A stretch of 64,000 bases of DNA from a bacterium (lineage in GTDB: Bacteria; Patescibacteriota; Microgenomatia; Daviesbacterales; UBA10151): NCBI GenBank assembly GCA_021786105.1, contig JAJYNW010000015.1, positions 18,752-82,751 of the forward strand. The letters are read 5' to 3'. A program made the translations under genes and the position numbers. The first letter of the stretch is position 1, and each line of letters starts with the position of its first letter. The notes beneath the pieces are model-generated. The model was not told the DNA's origin. It searched no databases and worked only from the letters and a program-made list of their open reading frames with translations. Shown one piece after another: positions 20,191-29,675 of this stretch.

Positions 20191-20559
20191 TTAGCTGGGA
20201 GCTGGGATTGGCAGAGTGCCAATGTTGGGGAAGCCTAAGATTTGGGCTGCCAGTTGAGCCAAGGCAAAGGCGACAGCCAGAATGGCGATACCAACTAAAG
20301 CATTGATAATTCTGTTTCTGGCTTTGGCCACCGCTTCTTTGTCTCCACCGGACACAATCCATTCAAATGCCCCCAAAATCAGCATCACCAAAACTACTAA
20401 TACTGCTATGGAAAAAGCGATCGTGATGATATTGGTAATAAAGTTGCCGATAGTTTTATAACCATAGGGAGGCGGGGAGATGGTTATATCTGTAGCCAAG
20501 GCCGGAGTAGCGGTTAACAATGAAAATGCTGCAGAACCAATAAATGCTAATTTTTTCAT
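20191..20559 (-). CDS. VirB2/TrbC-like T4SS pilin
   Basis: Signal peptide; GAFEWIVSGGDKEAVAKARNRIINALVG. Confidence 0.85.
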   Translation of the reverse strand: MKKLAFIGSAAFSLLTATPALATDITISPPPYGYKTIGNFITNIITIAFSIAVLVVLVMLILGAFEWIVSGGDKEAVAKARNRIINALVGIAILAVAFALAQLAAQILGFPNIGTLPIPAPS

Positions 20560-20595
20560 CTCTGGTTTAACTATAGCTATATCGCAAACGACTTG

Positions 20596-21321
20596 TCAAT
20601 ACCCCCAGTTCACGGGAGGAGAACAATCTGAGGGATTAGTTGGTGGATGAGTTAAGGCAAAAGCTTGCTGACCCGGGCAGGAGATGCGATAGAGGTCGCC
20701 CCATCGCTCGATTGTGCATCCTTTGCAAACGCTCTCGTCAAAAAACTCAAATCCGGTAAATGTGCCCAAAACTGAGATAATGGCAAAAGCCGCGGCAAAG
20801 AGTAGGATGCCTATAATAGCATTTAAAATTCTCCTTTGAGCGGCAGCTAATTGTTCTTTATCCCCTCCGGAAGTAAGCCATTGAAAGGCTCCCCAGAGGA
20901 TCATAAATAGCAAGACAATGGCGGCTACCATATAAATTAAGTTGACGCCGTTTGATAAAAATTGGCTAATAGCTCCGGCGCCGGTCGGGTCTTTTTTTAA
21001 CATGCCTTGCAGCGGGTTGGGAGGCAGAATTTTGCCAAACAGGTTTTGGACAGTATCTATTTGGCATGTAGAAGCTTGGGTAGTTTTACCAGGTGGGATA
21101 TCCGGGGTACCGTCTTTATTATAATGCAGTTGGCAGCTGTATTTTTTTCCCTGATAATCATCGCAGGTATCAACACCGGGGTGGCAAATTTCGTCGTGAC
21201 CACAAGGAACACCATGGCAGGCGCTGGTATCTGCTAAAACGGCTGTGTGACTAAACAGTAAAACAGCGGTTATAACGGTAAGAAATGCTAATAAGCTGGT
21301 TAGGAAAAATCTCTTCGACAT
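20596..21321 (-). CDS. VirB2-like pilin with Cys-rich extensions
   Basis: GAFQWLTSGGDKEQLAAAQRRILNAIIG core flanked by Cys-rich segments. Confidence 0.8.
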   Translation of the reverse strand: MSKRFFLTSLLAFLTVITAVLLFSHTAVLADTSACHGVPCGHDEICHPGVDTCDDYQGKKYSCQLHYNKDGTPDIPPGKTTQASTCQIDTVQNLFGKILPPNPLQGMLKKDPTGAGAISQFLSNGVNLIYMVAAIVLLFMILWGAFQWLTSGGDKEQLAAAQRRILNAIIGILLFAAAFAIISVLGTFTGFEFFDESVCKGCTIERWGDLYRISCPGQQAFALTHPPTNPSDCSPPVNWGY

Positions 21322-21460
21322 GGATCCCTAAAAATATCTTACCATAAACTCATACAAATCTCTTATCTTTATCACATTTCTTCCATTCATTTTTCTGTTA
21401 GCATAAAGCATAGCCTATAACCTTGACAAAAATACTATAGAGTATTAAAATGGCGCTCAA

Positions 21461-22366
21461 ATGGGTAAGTCGGGAGAGTTAGAACAAGACAATCAAGCTA
21501 AAAATGCAGCAATTGAAGAAGCTGCCAAAAAGGGTATGGAGGCATCCAAAGGTCAGGGTGCTGATTCCTTAGTAGAAAATTCAGATGCCAGTCTCCCCGG
21601 AAGTCTTAGTCCGAAAACCAGATTAGCGCTTGCTTGTGGAGTTGGTATATTGGCGCTTTTAGGTATAACCTCTTGTATTTTTGGTGAACCGCCAGTTGCA
21701 AAGGCCGGAAATCCTGATACGCCTGTTGCAGGCCCTCAGCCAACTTATACACCTTTGCCAACTTATACTCCGTATCCTACCGCTGAGCCGACTTATACAC
21801 CCTATCCGACTTATACTCCTCAGCCAACCTTTACTCCTCTGGCTACCGCTATACCTACATCAACTCCAGCGCCCACCCCGACTCTTCAGCCAGGCATGAC
21901 TTTGTTAAACCCTACCCAGCCCGGTTTGTTTATCCTGCAAGCTCCTGAGCCGCGAGTGGTGCATGCGGATACAATTAATCCGGCAATTTGTTACCCACAA
22001 GTGGTTGATAAACCAGTTCCGGTTAAAGTAGAAGTGCCGCGCCAGCTTAGGGAAGACGAGAGGGTTGTGACCGATGCAACATTGAACGATTACACTAGGA
22101 GAAAGGCTGAGGAAATTACCGCCCCGCTCAAAAGCGAGCTTGATGCAACTAAGGCCAAGTTGACAACTGCAGAAAAAGCCCTGAGCGATTGTAATACTAA
22201 CTTAACAGATACCAAGAAACAATTAGATAAGGTTCAAGGGTGGCATTATGATATTTGGTCTGGTTTGATAACTGCTTTGCCGGTTTTAGGGCTGGCGGCA
22301 GGGTTGGCTTATAGATTTAGACAAAGAATTATTGTTCGTCTCTATCCTGGTATTGTTTTCCCTTAA
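21461..22366 (+). CDS. Membrane protein with PTYTP repeats and a coiled coil
   Basis: Hydrophobic segment ending ITSC, (PTYTPY)n stalk, coiled coil and C-terminal TM plus basic tail. Promoter TTGACA(21423)-17-TAAAAT. Confidence 0.75.
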   Translation: MGKSGELEQDNQAKNAAIEEAAKKGMEASKGQGADSLVENSDASLPGSLSPKTRLALACGVGILALLGITSCIFGEPPVAKAGNPDTPVAGPQPTYTPLPTYTPYPTAEPTYTPYPTYTPQPTFTPLATAIPTSTPAPTPTLQPGMTLLNPTQPGLFILQAPEPRVVHADTINPAICYPQVVDKPVPVKVEVPRQLREDERVVTDATLNDYTRRKAEEITAPLKSELDATKAKLTTAEKALSDCNTNLTDTKKQLDKVQGWHYDIWSGLITALPVLGLAAGLAYRFRQRIIVRLYPGIVFP

Positions 22367-22390
22367 TTTAGCAGTTGTTTTGACTCAGCT

Positions 22391-22723
22391 CTAACTTTGG
22401 AATAGCTGGAGATTGGTAATTCCGAATAAACTGGACAGTAAAAATTGCAGAATGATAAAGGCAAACATTAAAATAATAAAGCCAATGATGGCGTGAGTAA
22501 TCATTTGTCTGGCTCCGGCAATTTCTTCTTTATTCCCGCCAGATTTTAACCAATTAAAAGCTCCCCAGAGGAAATAAATTACCACTGCAGCCGCGGCAAC
22601 GGAAAATATGGTAGGAACTAACTTGCTGATGATGTCTCCAAAAGAAGAAAATGATGGGCCAAAGCCAAAACAGTCTTTAATTGATACGCCGGAGGGGTAA
22701 GGGGGAGTAGGGCAGGGGTTCAA
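22391..22723 (-). CDS. VirB2-like pilin
   Basis: GAFNWLKSGGNKEEIAGARQMITHAIIG between two TM helices. Confidence 0.8.
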   Translation of the reverse strand: MNPCPTPPYPSGVSIKDCFGFGPSFSSFGDIISKLVPTIFSVAAAAVVIYFLWGAFNWLKSGGNKEEIAGARQMITHAIIGFIILMFAFIILQFLLSSLFGITNLQLFQS

Positions 22724-23016
22724 AATGGTACCCCTCCTTTCGGTTGTAAAACTTCTGCCACAAATTTGGCCACAAAGAAAGCCAATAATACTATGATCAG
22801 ACCAAGGATGGCCCAGGTGATCCTGGCCCGGGCTTTGGCCAAATCTTCTTTTTTCCCCTGGGCCATAATGTAAGAAATTGCGCCCCAGATTAAATAGGTA
22901 AAGGAGAGGAAAACAGCGGCAAAAAAAGCAATGTTGATGAATACGGAAAGCAGGTCACCTAAAGTTTTCTGAGGTGCAGGATTAGCTTTAAAAATATCGT
23001 TTAAGCCAGGTATCAT
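22720..23016 (-). CDS. VirB2-like pilin
   Basis: GAISYIMAQGKKEDLAKARARITWAILG between two TM helices. Confidence 0.8.
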   Translation of the reverse strand: MIPGLNDIFKANPAPQKTLGDLLSVFINIAFFAAVFLSFTYLIWGAISYIMAQGKKEDLAKARARITWAILGLIIVLLAFFVAKFVAEVLQPKGGVPF

Positions 23017-23018
23017 AA

Positions 23019-23054
23019 TAGTGACTAGTCGCCAGAGTCTAGAGTCAAGTGGAT
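23019..23054. repeat. 36-bp direct repeat, copy 1
   Basis: TAGTGACTAGTCGCCAGAGTCTAGAGTCAAGTGGAT, identical to 23405-23440. Confidence 0.95.
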
Positions 23055-23401
23055 TTCAATAAACCACTTAAGATTCTAGCTGTTTCTGTATGAATATCTA
23101 ATATTCTCTCATAATCTTGAGAGTTTATAAACTTTCTTTCATAAGCAAAATCAATAAAAAATTCTAGTTCTGTTAAAGATGCGACTGCCATTTGATAAAA
23201 ATGTTTTCTATCTTTTAAACTACTTCTGCTGTATCCCTCAGCTATATTGGCGCAAACAGATAAAGCAGCTCGACGCATTTGGGAAATTAGTCCGAAAATT
23301 TCGTCTTTAGGGAAGTTGGTTGTTTCATCGTAAATTAAATGAGTTAGCAGATTACTTTTTTGCCATGCAATTAATTTTCTGTAACCTTTATTATTTCGCA
23401 T
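23045..23401 (-). CDS. Four-helix-bundle protein (23S rRNA IVP / bAvd-like family)
   Basis: YRKLIAWQKS...FPKDEIFGLISQMRRAALSVCANIAEG...ASLTEL. Confidence 0.92.
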   Translation of the reverse strand: MRNNKGYRKLIAWQKSNLLTHLIYDETTNFPKDEIFGLISQMRRAALSVCANIAEGYSRSSLKDRKHFYQMAVASLTELEFFIDFAYERKFINSQDYERILDIHTETARILSGLLKST

Positions 23402-23404
23402 AGT

Positions 23405-23481
23405 TAGTGACTAGTCGCCAGAGTCTAGAGTCAAGTGGATGGCTGTTTTTCTAGACTCTAGATTCTAGACTCTTGACTCTG
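23405..23481. repeat. 36-bp direct repeat, copy 2, forming the left arm of a heptamer hairpin
   Basis: Repeat followed by the inverted arm CTAGACTCTAGATTCTAGACTCTTGACTCT. Confidence 0.9.
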
Positions 23482-24606
23482 ATGAAACCCAGGTATATTT
23501 AATATACTCACTCCAATAATCTGTAAAAGCAAAATACTAAAAATTACAAATAATAATCCAATAATGGCACTGGTTACTCTGCTGCGGCCGGCGCTTAAGG
23601 TTTCCGGATTACCGGCTGAGGTGAGCATCTGAAATGCCCCCAGCAGCATCATTAAAAATGATAAACCTCCGCCGATGCCAATGGTAAATGTTAGAAAGTC
23701 TTTAACCAACTCAGGAGGATTGGTATGGATGCAGCCAATGGCAGTAGGGATACCAGGGTTAGGGTTAAGTTTGGTTGGGTCGTTTGGATCCTGAGGGTCA
23801 TTGCATCCGGGAACTAGATTACCCATGGCAAGGGAGCAATCTTCTGGTTTGACGCATTGTTTTGTTATATCTGGTAGAACGGGGCATTGCCCGCCCTCGC
23901 CGCTTCCCAGCACCCCGACGGTAAAGCATACCGGAGCGCACTCAATACGATTATTTTTCCCTATAACCACGGTATAAATACCCCCATTAAATTTTCCTAA
24001 GTTCTTGCTAAGGGTGGAGGGATCTGCGGGATCAAAATTGTTATTGGAAAATTTAATTTCATTATTGATATAGATATCATAACTACCCTTATTAATATTC
24101 TGTGCCGATAAAATGACATCTGTGGTTGGATCAATCGGTTTGGTCTCTATAGTGCTGGTACAGTTTGATTGCGCAGGAGCATTTTTAAATTCAAAAGTAT
24201 CCTGGCAAACGATATTTCGAGGTGTTGGAGGTTTACCCTTTTCCATGGCAGTAATGATATAGGTGCCTAAATTCCATTTGTCATGTCCCCAGCTAGCAGG
24301 CCAGCCATTAGGGGGATGTTGTATTATGAGCGGAGCGGGGGTGTCTGCGCCAAAAGTAATATCGTTTACGTTATAAATATTACCGGCAGGGTCTTTAATT
24401 TGGAACCAATAAAGAGTTGGGGTTAAATCTTTTGAAGTATTGGTAACAGTAATTTTTAAATCGCCTATATTTTGATTGAGTGATCCTTTGGGAGGATCGT
24501 AGTCGAAGCTACATTCGGTCGCTGCGAATGTATTTACAGGTAGGAAAAATGAGGTAAAAGAAAAAACTAATATTACCGTAAATAATTGCAGGAGGATTTT
24601 GGACAT
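23458..24606 (-). CDS. Large VirB2-like pilin with N-terminal extracellular Ig-like/Cys-rich region
   Basis: Signal peptide; C-terminal TAIGCI...GAFQMLTSAGNPETLSAGRSRVTSAIIG. Confidence 0.8.
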   Translation of the reverse strand: MSKILLQLFTVILVFSFTSFFLPVNTFAATECSFDYDPPKGSLNQNIGDLKITVTNTSKDLTPTLYWFQIKDPAGNIYNVNDITFGADTPAPLIIQHPPNGWPASWGHDKWNLGTYIITAMEKGKPPTPRNIVCQDTFEFKNAPAQSNCTSTIETKPIDPTTDVILSAQNINKGSYDIYINNEIKFSNNNFDPADPSTLSKNLGKFNGGIYTVVIGKNNRIECAPVCFTVGVLGSGEGGQCPVLPDITKQCVKPEDCSLAMGNLVPGCNDPQDPNDPTKLNPNPGIPTAIGCIHTNPPELVKDFLTFTIGIGGGLSFLMMLLGAFQMLTSAGNPETLSAGRSRVTSAIIGLLFVIFSILLLQIIGVSILNIPGFHQSQESRI

Positions 24607-24680
24607 TAACCTCAGCTTAGCACGAAATTCATTCAAAACTCAAATCTTAAGATAACCAATTATGTTAAAATTAATTTTCC

Positions 24681-26411
24681 ATGCGCCGAATCATTTTGCT
24701 CCTAGCCCTGGCCTTTTTTCTGTTTACCGTTTTAGGTTATTTTACTTCTGTCCGCGCTGATGAGATAGAGGATTTACAAAAACAGATTGACCAATTAAAT
24801 CATGCCCGGGAACTGTCGGTTAATGCTACCAAGCCGTTAGAAGGGCAGTTGGATTCTTTAAAGCGGCAGCTGGCCCAAATCCAGGCCAGTTTAGATAATT
24901 TATCTGCCAATATCAAAGCCAAGCAAAAGGATTTGGATGTCCGGGAAGACAAATTGGCTTTGCAGCAGGCACTTCTTGAAGAAAGAGTTAAAGCTTACTA
25001 TATTCGTTCCTATATGACTGATCCGCTGCTGGTTATTTTTTCCTCAATTCAGGCGGGGGATTTATTCAGGGAGCTGTCTTATCGTCAGTCAGTGACTCGG
25101 GAGGATAGATCAATTATTTCTTCCATCACGGCGGAAGTGGTGGATTTGTTAACCCAAAAGGAAAAACTGGAAAAAGATAAAGTTAAACTGGCTGCTTTGC
25201 AGGGAGAAGTGGATAAAAATGCCGACTTTTTAGGCGGGGAGATTAAAAAGGCCAAGGCTTATCAGGCCGATTTAACCGGTAAAATTGCCCAATTATCAGC
25301 CAAACAGCAGGAATTATTGGCACAAAAGCTGGGCAGTTTAAATTTACCTACCTCAGCCTACGCCATGCACGGCGGTTGCACTGATGATCGGAATACTGAT
25401 CCGGGTTTCAGCCCGCGTTTTGCCATGTTTACTTACGGGGTGCCGAATCGGGTGGGTTTAAATCAATTTGGAGCCAAAGGTCGGGCGGAGGCTGGCCAAA
25501 ATGCTCAGACCATCCTGCAGGCTTACTATAATGCTGATTACACCACCGGTTATAATTCCGGAATCAATATTCATGTCACCGGCAGCAATGAGTATGGTCA
25601 GTCTTTTGATGACAACTGGAATATTGAAGATTACGTAAAACATTTATATGAAATGCCGGCCGGTTGGCCCATGGAAGCTTTAAAAGCTCAAGCCATTGCC
25701 GCCCGGTCTTATGCTTTGGCTTATACCAATAACGGCGCCGGTCCGATTTGTCCCAGCCAGCAGTGTCAGGTGGTGAAAAAAGAAATTAATGACGGTAATT
25801 GGCAGGCGGCGGTGGATGCTACCCGGGGGATTGTTTTAACTTCCGGCGGCCAACCGATTAAGGCCTGGTTCTCTTCTACCCATGGCGGCTATGTTTTTTC
25901 CTCCGGCGATATTGGCTGGAGTTCTACGCCCTTTACCAAACGGGGGCAGGACGCCTCCGGCGGCATTAACAGTTTTGCTGATTTGCAAAACAATGCTTAT
26001 GATAAAAGCTCGCCGGTTTTCTACTGCGATTGGGGTTCCCGGGCTCAGTATAATAAGACTGCCTGGTTAAAGCCGGAGGAGTTGGCCGATATTGTTAACG
26101 TATTGATGCTGGCCAAGAAAGATTCCGGTACTCAAGTTCACTTATCCCAGGTTGATAAGCCTAATCCCGATGGTCAGGAAACCTGGGATGCTGATCGGGT
26201 TAAAAGGGAGTTGGGATCACAGGCTTTCAATACTATTTCCAGCGTGTCAGTGTCTGCTGATTTCGGATCCGGTCAAACCACTACCGTGACAGTCTCCGGA
26301 GACGGCAAGACTCAATCCTTCAGCGGCGGTGAGTTCAAAAACTACTTTAATTTACGGGCGCCTTCTAATATTAATATTGTTGGTCCGTTATTTAATGTGG
26401 AACAAAGGTGA
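24681..26411 (+). CDS. SpoIID/LytB-domain peptidoglycan hydrolase with N-terminal coiled coil
   Basis: EMPAGWPMEALKAQAIAARSYA, CQV, AVDATRG and GLNQFGAKGRA; signal peptide and long coiled coil. Confidence 0.85.
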   Translation: MRRIILLLALAFFLFTVLGYFTSVRADEIEDLQKQIDQLNHARELSVNATKPLEGQLDSLKRQLAQIQASLDNLSANIKAKQKDLDVREDKLALQQALLEERVKAYYIRSYMTDPLLVIFSSIQAGDLFRELSYRQSVTREDRSIISSITAEVVDLLTQKEKLEKDKVKLAALQGEVDKNADFLGGEIKKAKAYQADLTGKIAQLSAKQQELLAQKLGSLNLPTSAYAMHGGCTDDRNTDPGFSPRFAMFTYGVPNRVGLNQFGAKGRAEAGQNAQTILQAYYNADYTTGYNSGINIHVTGSNEYGQSFDDNWNIEDYVKHLYEMPAGWPMEALKAQAIAARSYALAYTNNGAGPICPSQQCQVVKKEINDGNWQAAVDATRGIVLTSGGQPIKAWFSSTHGGYVFSSGDIGWSSTPFTKRGQDASGGINSFADLQNNAYDKSSPVFYCDWGSRAQYNKTAWLKPEELADIVNVLMLAKKDSGTQVHLSQVDKPNPDGQETWDADRVKRELGSQAFNTISSVSVSADFGSGQTTTVTVSGDGKTQSFSGGEFKNYFNLRAPSNINIVGPLFNVEQR

Positions 26412-26434
26412 GGTAAAGTGCTATACTTGCCATA

Positions 26435-26998
26435 ATGTTTTCTGCATATGTAGAAAGACCTGATTACTGCCGGTTTGAGGGTCAAGACCCCGATGAGAAA
26501 ATATTGTTGTTACTGCGGGCGCATCCCATTACCAACTTGCCTTGGATTTTCCTGGCTGTTTTTGTCTTTACCGTGCCGTTTTTGGTAAAAATAGCCGCTC
26601 CTTTTGTTGGTTTTAGTCTGGACTTAGTTCCGCCGAATTTTTTGCTAATTTTGTTAATTATTAATTATCTGTTTGTTTTGGTGGTTGTTTTCCAGGGTTT
26701 TTTGGAATGGTATTTTAATGCCACTATTGTGACCAATGAAAAAGTAATTGATATGTCTTTTGCCCATTTGCTTTACAAGGGGGTTGATCTCGCTCCTCTG
26801 CCAAAGATTGAAGAAACAGATTCTGTGACTGCTGGTATTCTGGGAACCATGTTTAACTTTGGCAATGTGAAAATTCAAACCGCCGGAGCCACGGTGGCGA
26901 TTGAAATGAAAAATATCCCCCGGCCAGCCTCTGTCGCAGATTTAATTTTGGATTTGATTGGTAAGCCGAATGAAAACTTGATTGTAGAAAAAAATTAA
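26435..26998 (+). CDS. Bacterial PH-domain membrane protein
   Basis: LLLRAHP, two TM helices, IVTNEKVID...FNFGNVKIQTAG...IPRP. Confidence 0.8.
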   Translation: MFSAYVERPDYCRFEGQDPDEKILLLLRAHPITNLPWIFLAVFVFTVPFLVKIAAPFVGFSLDLVPPNFLLILLIINYLFVLVVVFQGFLEWYFNATIVTNEKVIDMSFAHLLYKGVDLAPLPKIEETDSVTAGILGTMFNFGNVKIQTAGATVAIEMKNIPRPASVADLILDLIGKPNENLIVEKN

Positions 26999-26999
26999 T

Positions 27000-27251
27000 A
27001 TGCCAATTACCTCGACCCAAAACTTGGCCACACAAAGTTTATTTGACAATTATTACATTTTGGCCGGGGCCAAAGGGGCAATTTTGCTTATTTTAATATT
27101 TTACGCTATATTTTCCTTGATTATTATCCGGCAGGTGGATTCGATGGGTAAAACATTGATTACCAATATTTCGCCGCTAGTGAAAGGTTTGGCTATTATT
27201 CACGCCGGTTTTGCGATTGGATTAATCGTTTTAGCATGGGGAATGCTGTAA
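27000..27251 (+). CDS. Small two-TM membrane protein (DUF5657-like)
   Basis: YAIFSLIIIRQVDSMGKTL between hydrophobic helices. Confidence 0.6.
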   Translation: MPITSTQNLATQSLFDNYYILAGAKGAILLILIFYAIFSLIIIRQVDSMGKTLITNISPLVKGLAIIHAGFAIGLIVLAWGML

Positions 27252-29104
27252 TGAAACTTAAGATTGCTCAAGTCGTTGGTCTGAATACCGATCAAAAAGC
27301 TGCTCAAGTCACCTCGGCCGCCAGGGATGATAATACCTTTCTGGCGGTTTTAGAGATGTCTTGTGATGATGCTTTTACTAAAGGCCGGCAGGCTTTATCA
27401 GAGTTGGAAGACTTCTATTTTGAGTTTGAGGGGAATGCCACCGAAAGATTAAATGCTACCTTTACCGAAGCAGAAAACAAATTATCCAAAGGCGGTGAAT
27501 TTGATTTAGTGTTGGCCACGGTTTCCGGCAAGGTGTTGTACCTAATTGGTAAGGGTCAGGTGGAAGTTTATTTAAAACGGGGAGAAAAGTTGTCACCGCT
27601 TTTGTCGGTAGGTGCGTCCTCACAACTTATTTCCGGTTTTTTGCAAGACGATGATAAATTCTTACTTTGCACCGGTAGCTTGGCTGCCTTTCTAGGCTCA
27701 GAATTGGAAAAATCCTTAAGCTTGCCGATTGAAAATTTTGAGGAAGAGGTAGGCAGTAAAATTGGCACCTCTGATTTAGATAGCCAAGGGCTGGCTGCTT
27801 TAGCGGTGGAAGCTTTGGAGGGGAATCTGGAAATTGCCCCGATTGTTTCTCATGAGGATTTGGGCCGGGTATCTCAGTCAGAAGAGCGGGCTATTGAAAA
27901 TACTGTTAAAAAACCGCTAGTTCTTATTCCTGTGATTGCGGATAGGGTTTTGAGGTTATCCAGACGGTTGGGGTCCTATTTCCCAAAGTCTGGTCGGGGA
28001 CGGCTGATTGTGGCAGTTGTTTTAATTCTCATTATTATTGCCGGTGTGGGCTATAAATATAAAACAAGCCGTGACCACAAAATTCAGATCCAATTTAACC
28101 AGTTATTGCAGGAAGCTAAGGATGATTTTAACGGAGCTAAGGGAATTGCCAGTTTGAGCCCGGCTGATGCCAAGAGCAAACTGGATCAGGCTAAAGACCT
28201 GATTAGTAAAGCTTTAGTTTTAAAGCCGAATGATCAAGAGGCCCAAAATTTCAAAAAACAGCTGGAGAGCGAATCGTCATCAATTTTACAGCAAGCTGAA
28301 GTATCGGAATTCCCGGTGTTTTTGGATTTGGATTTAATCAAAAAAGACTTTCGGGCCACTCAAATGAGTTTATCTGGCGGTAAATTGTTACTTTTAGACC
28401 CGGGAATTAAAACTTTGGTGGTGATTGATCTTTCGAAAAAGAGTAATCAGATTTTGGCCGGATCAGAACAGTTGGGGGAGGCTGGCTTTGCCTCGTTAAA
28501 CGGCGGACTGGCCTTTATTTATTCTAAAGATAAGGGGATTTTAAAGATTGATACTAACAATCAAAAAACTACCAAGGTGGCCAAAAAGGATGATGAGTGG
28601 GGACAAATTGCTGATGTTTATGGCTTTGCCGGTAATGTTTATGCTTTAGACTCAGGTAAAAAAGAGACGCCGCAAAGCGGACAAATCTGGAAGTATCTGC
28701 CAACCTCTGATGGTTATTCCGACAAAAGGATGTATCTGAGCAAAGATGCTAAGGTGGATTTTAGTGGTGCTTTAAGGATGCAGATTGAATCTTCGATTTA
28801 TGTGCTCAAAAGCGGGGGAGAGATTTTACGGTTTACCAAGGGCGATAAAGACAATTTTTCCCTGAGCGGGTTGGACAAAGGGGTTAAGGATCCAAAGTCT
28901 TTCTTTGTTTCTTCTGATACTGATAATCTATATTTGTTGGATTCCGGTAATTCCCGTCTGCTGATTTTAACTAAAACCGGCAGTTATAAAGGACAGATGG
29001 TCGGCAGTAAGTTTGCTACCTCTTCGGATTTGGTGGTGGATGAGGCCGGGAAAAAGGTGTATTTGCTGGATGGAAGTAAGATTTATACCGCAGACCTCAA
29101 ATAA
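27251..29104 (+). CDS. Membrane protein with degenerate PP2C-like N-terminal domain and extracellular NHL-type beta-propeller
   Basis: Central TM helix; repeated YALD/YVL/YLLDSGNSR blades. Confidence 0.65.
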   Translation: MKLKIAQVVGLNTDQKAAQVTSAARDDNTFLAVLEMSCDDAFTKGRQALSELEDFYFEFEGNATERLNATFTEAENKLSKGGEFDLVLATVSGKVLYLIGKGQVEVYLKRGEKLSPLLSVGASSQLISGFLQDDDKFLLCTGSLAAFLGSELEKSLSLPIENFEEEVGSKIGTSDLDSQGLAALAVEALEGNLEIAPIVSHEDLGRVSQSEERAIENTVKKPLVLIPVIADRVLRLSRRLGSYFPKSGRGRLIVAVVLILIIIAGVGYKYKTSRDHKIQIQFNQLLQEAKDDFNGAKGIASLSPADAKSKLDQAKDLISKALVLKPNDQEAQNFKKQLESESSSILQQAEVSEFPVFLDLDLIKKDFRATQMSLSGGKLLLLDPGIKTLVVIDLSKKSNQILAGSEQLGEAGFASLNGGLAFIYSKDKGILKIDTNNQKTTKVAKKDDEWGQIADVYGFAGNVYALDSGKKETPQSGQIWKYLPTSDGYSDKRMYLSKDAKVDFSGALRMQIESSIYVLKSGGEILRFTKGDKDNFSLSGLDKGVKDPKSFFVSSDTDNLYLLDSGNSRLLILTKTGSYKGQMVGSKFATSSDLVVDEAGKKVYLLDGSKIYTADLK

Positions 29105-29173
29105 GAGTCTAGTCGCTAGAGTCTAGAATCTAGTACAATCTACCTTGACTCTAGACTCTTGATTCTAGCCACT
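29104..29173. repeat. Heptamer-repeat hairpin, TAGAGTC/GACTCTA family
   Basis: AGAGTCTAGTCGCTAGAGTCTAGAATCTAG...TTGACTCTAGACTCTTGATTCTAGCCACT, ending at the smpB ATG. Confidence 0.8.
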
Positions 29174-29614
29174 ATGAAAATAGTTAATAAAAAAGCTCTT
29201 CATAATTACCATATTTTGGAACACTTGGAAGCCGGGATTGTCTTATCCGGGGCGGAAGTTAAATCCATTAGGACCGGCCGGATTGATTTAGGTGAAGCTT
29301 ATGTACGGATTTTAAATGGGGAGGTATATTTGGTAAATGCCAATATTCCCCGTTATAACCAGGCGGCAGATAAAGAATATGATGCTCAGAAATCCCGGAA
29401 ATTATTGCTTCATAAAGACCAAATTAATTCATTAATCGGCAAAACTTCCGGCAAAGGGGCAACTTTAGTGCCGGTTTCCATCTATGAAAAGCATAATAGG
29501 TTTAAGGTAGAGGTGGGGTTGGCTAAGAGTAAAAAAGAATTTGATAAGCGAAAGATAATCAAGGAACGTGATCATGCTCGCAGGGTGGAGCAGGAGCTCC
29601 GCGGAAAAGAATGA
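29174..29614 (+). CDS. smpB: SsrA-binding protein
   Basis: NKKALHNY...EAGIVLSGAEVKSIR...RKLLLHK...DKR; adjacent to tmRNA. Confidence 0.97.
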   Translation: MKIVNKKALHNYHILEHLEAGIVLSGAEVKSIRTGRIDLGEAYVRILNGEVYLVNANIPRYNQAADKEYDAQKSRKLLLHKDQINSLIGKTSGKGATLVPVSIYEKHNRFKVEVGLAKSKKEFDKRKIIKERDHARRVEQELRGKE

Positions 29615-29675
29615 CTTTTCTCCTGGCAATCTTGATTATTGTTTTTAGCCTCAAATTATGGTAATATACTAGCCT

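Noticed and set aside
23045-23401. Diversity-generating retroelement suggested by the bAvd-like protein
   Set aside because: No reverse transcriptase and no TR/VR pair with adenine-specific mismatches seen in the window.
23019-23481. 36-bp repeats as a CRISPR array
   Set aside because: Only two copies, separated by a whole 350-bp gene; no cas genes and no spacer-sized intervals.
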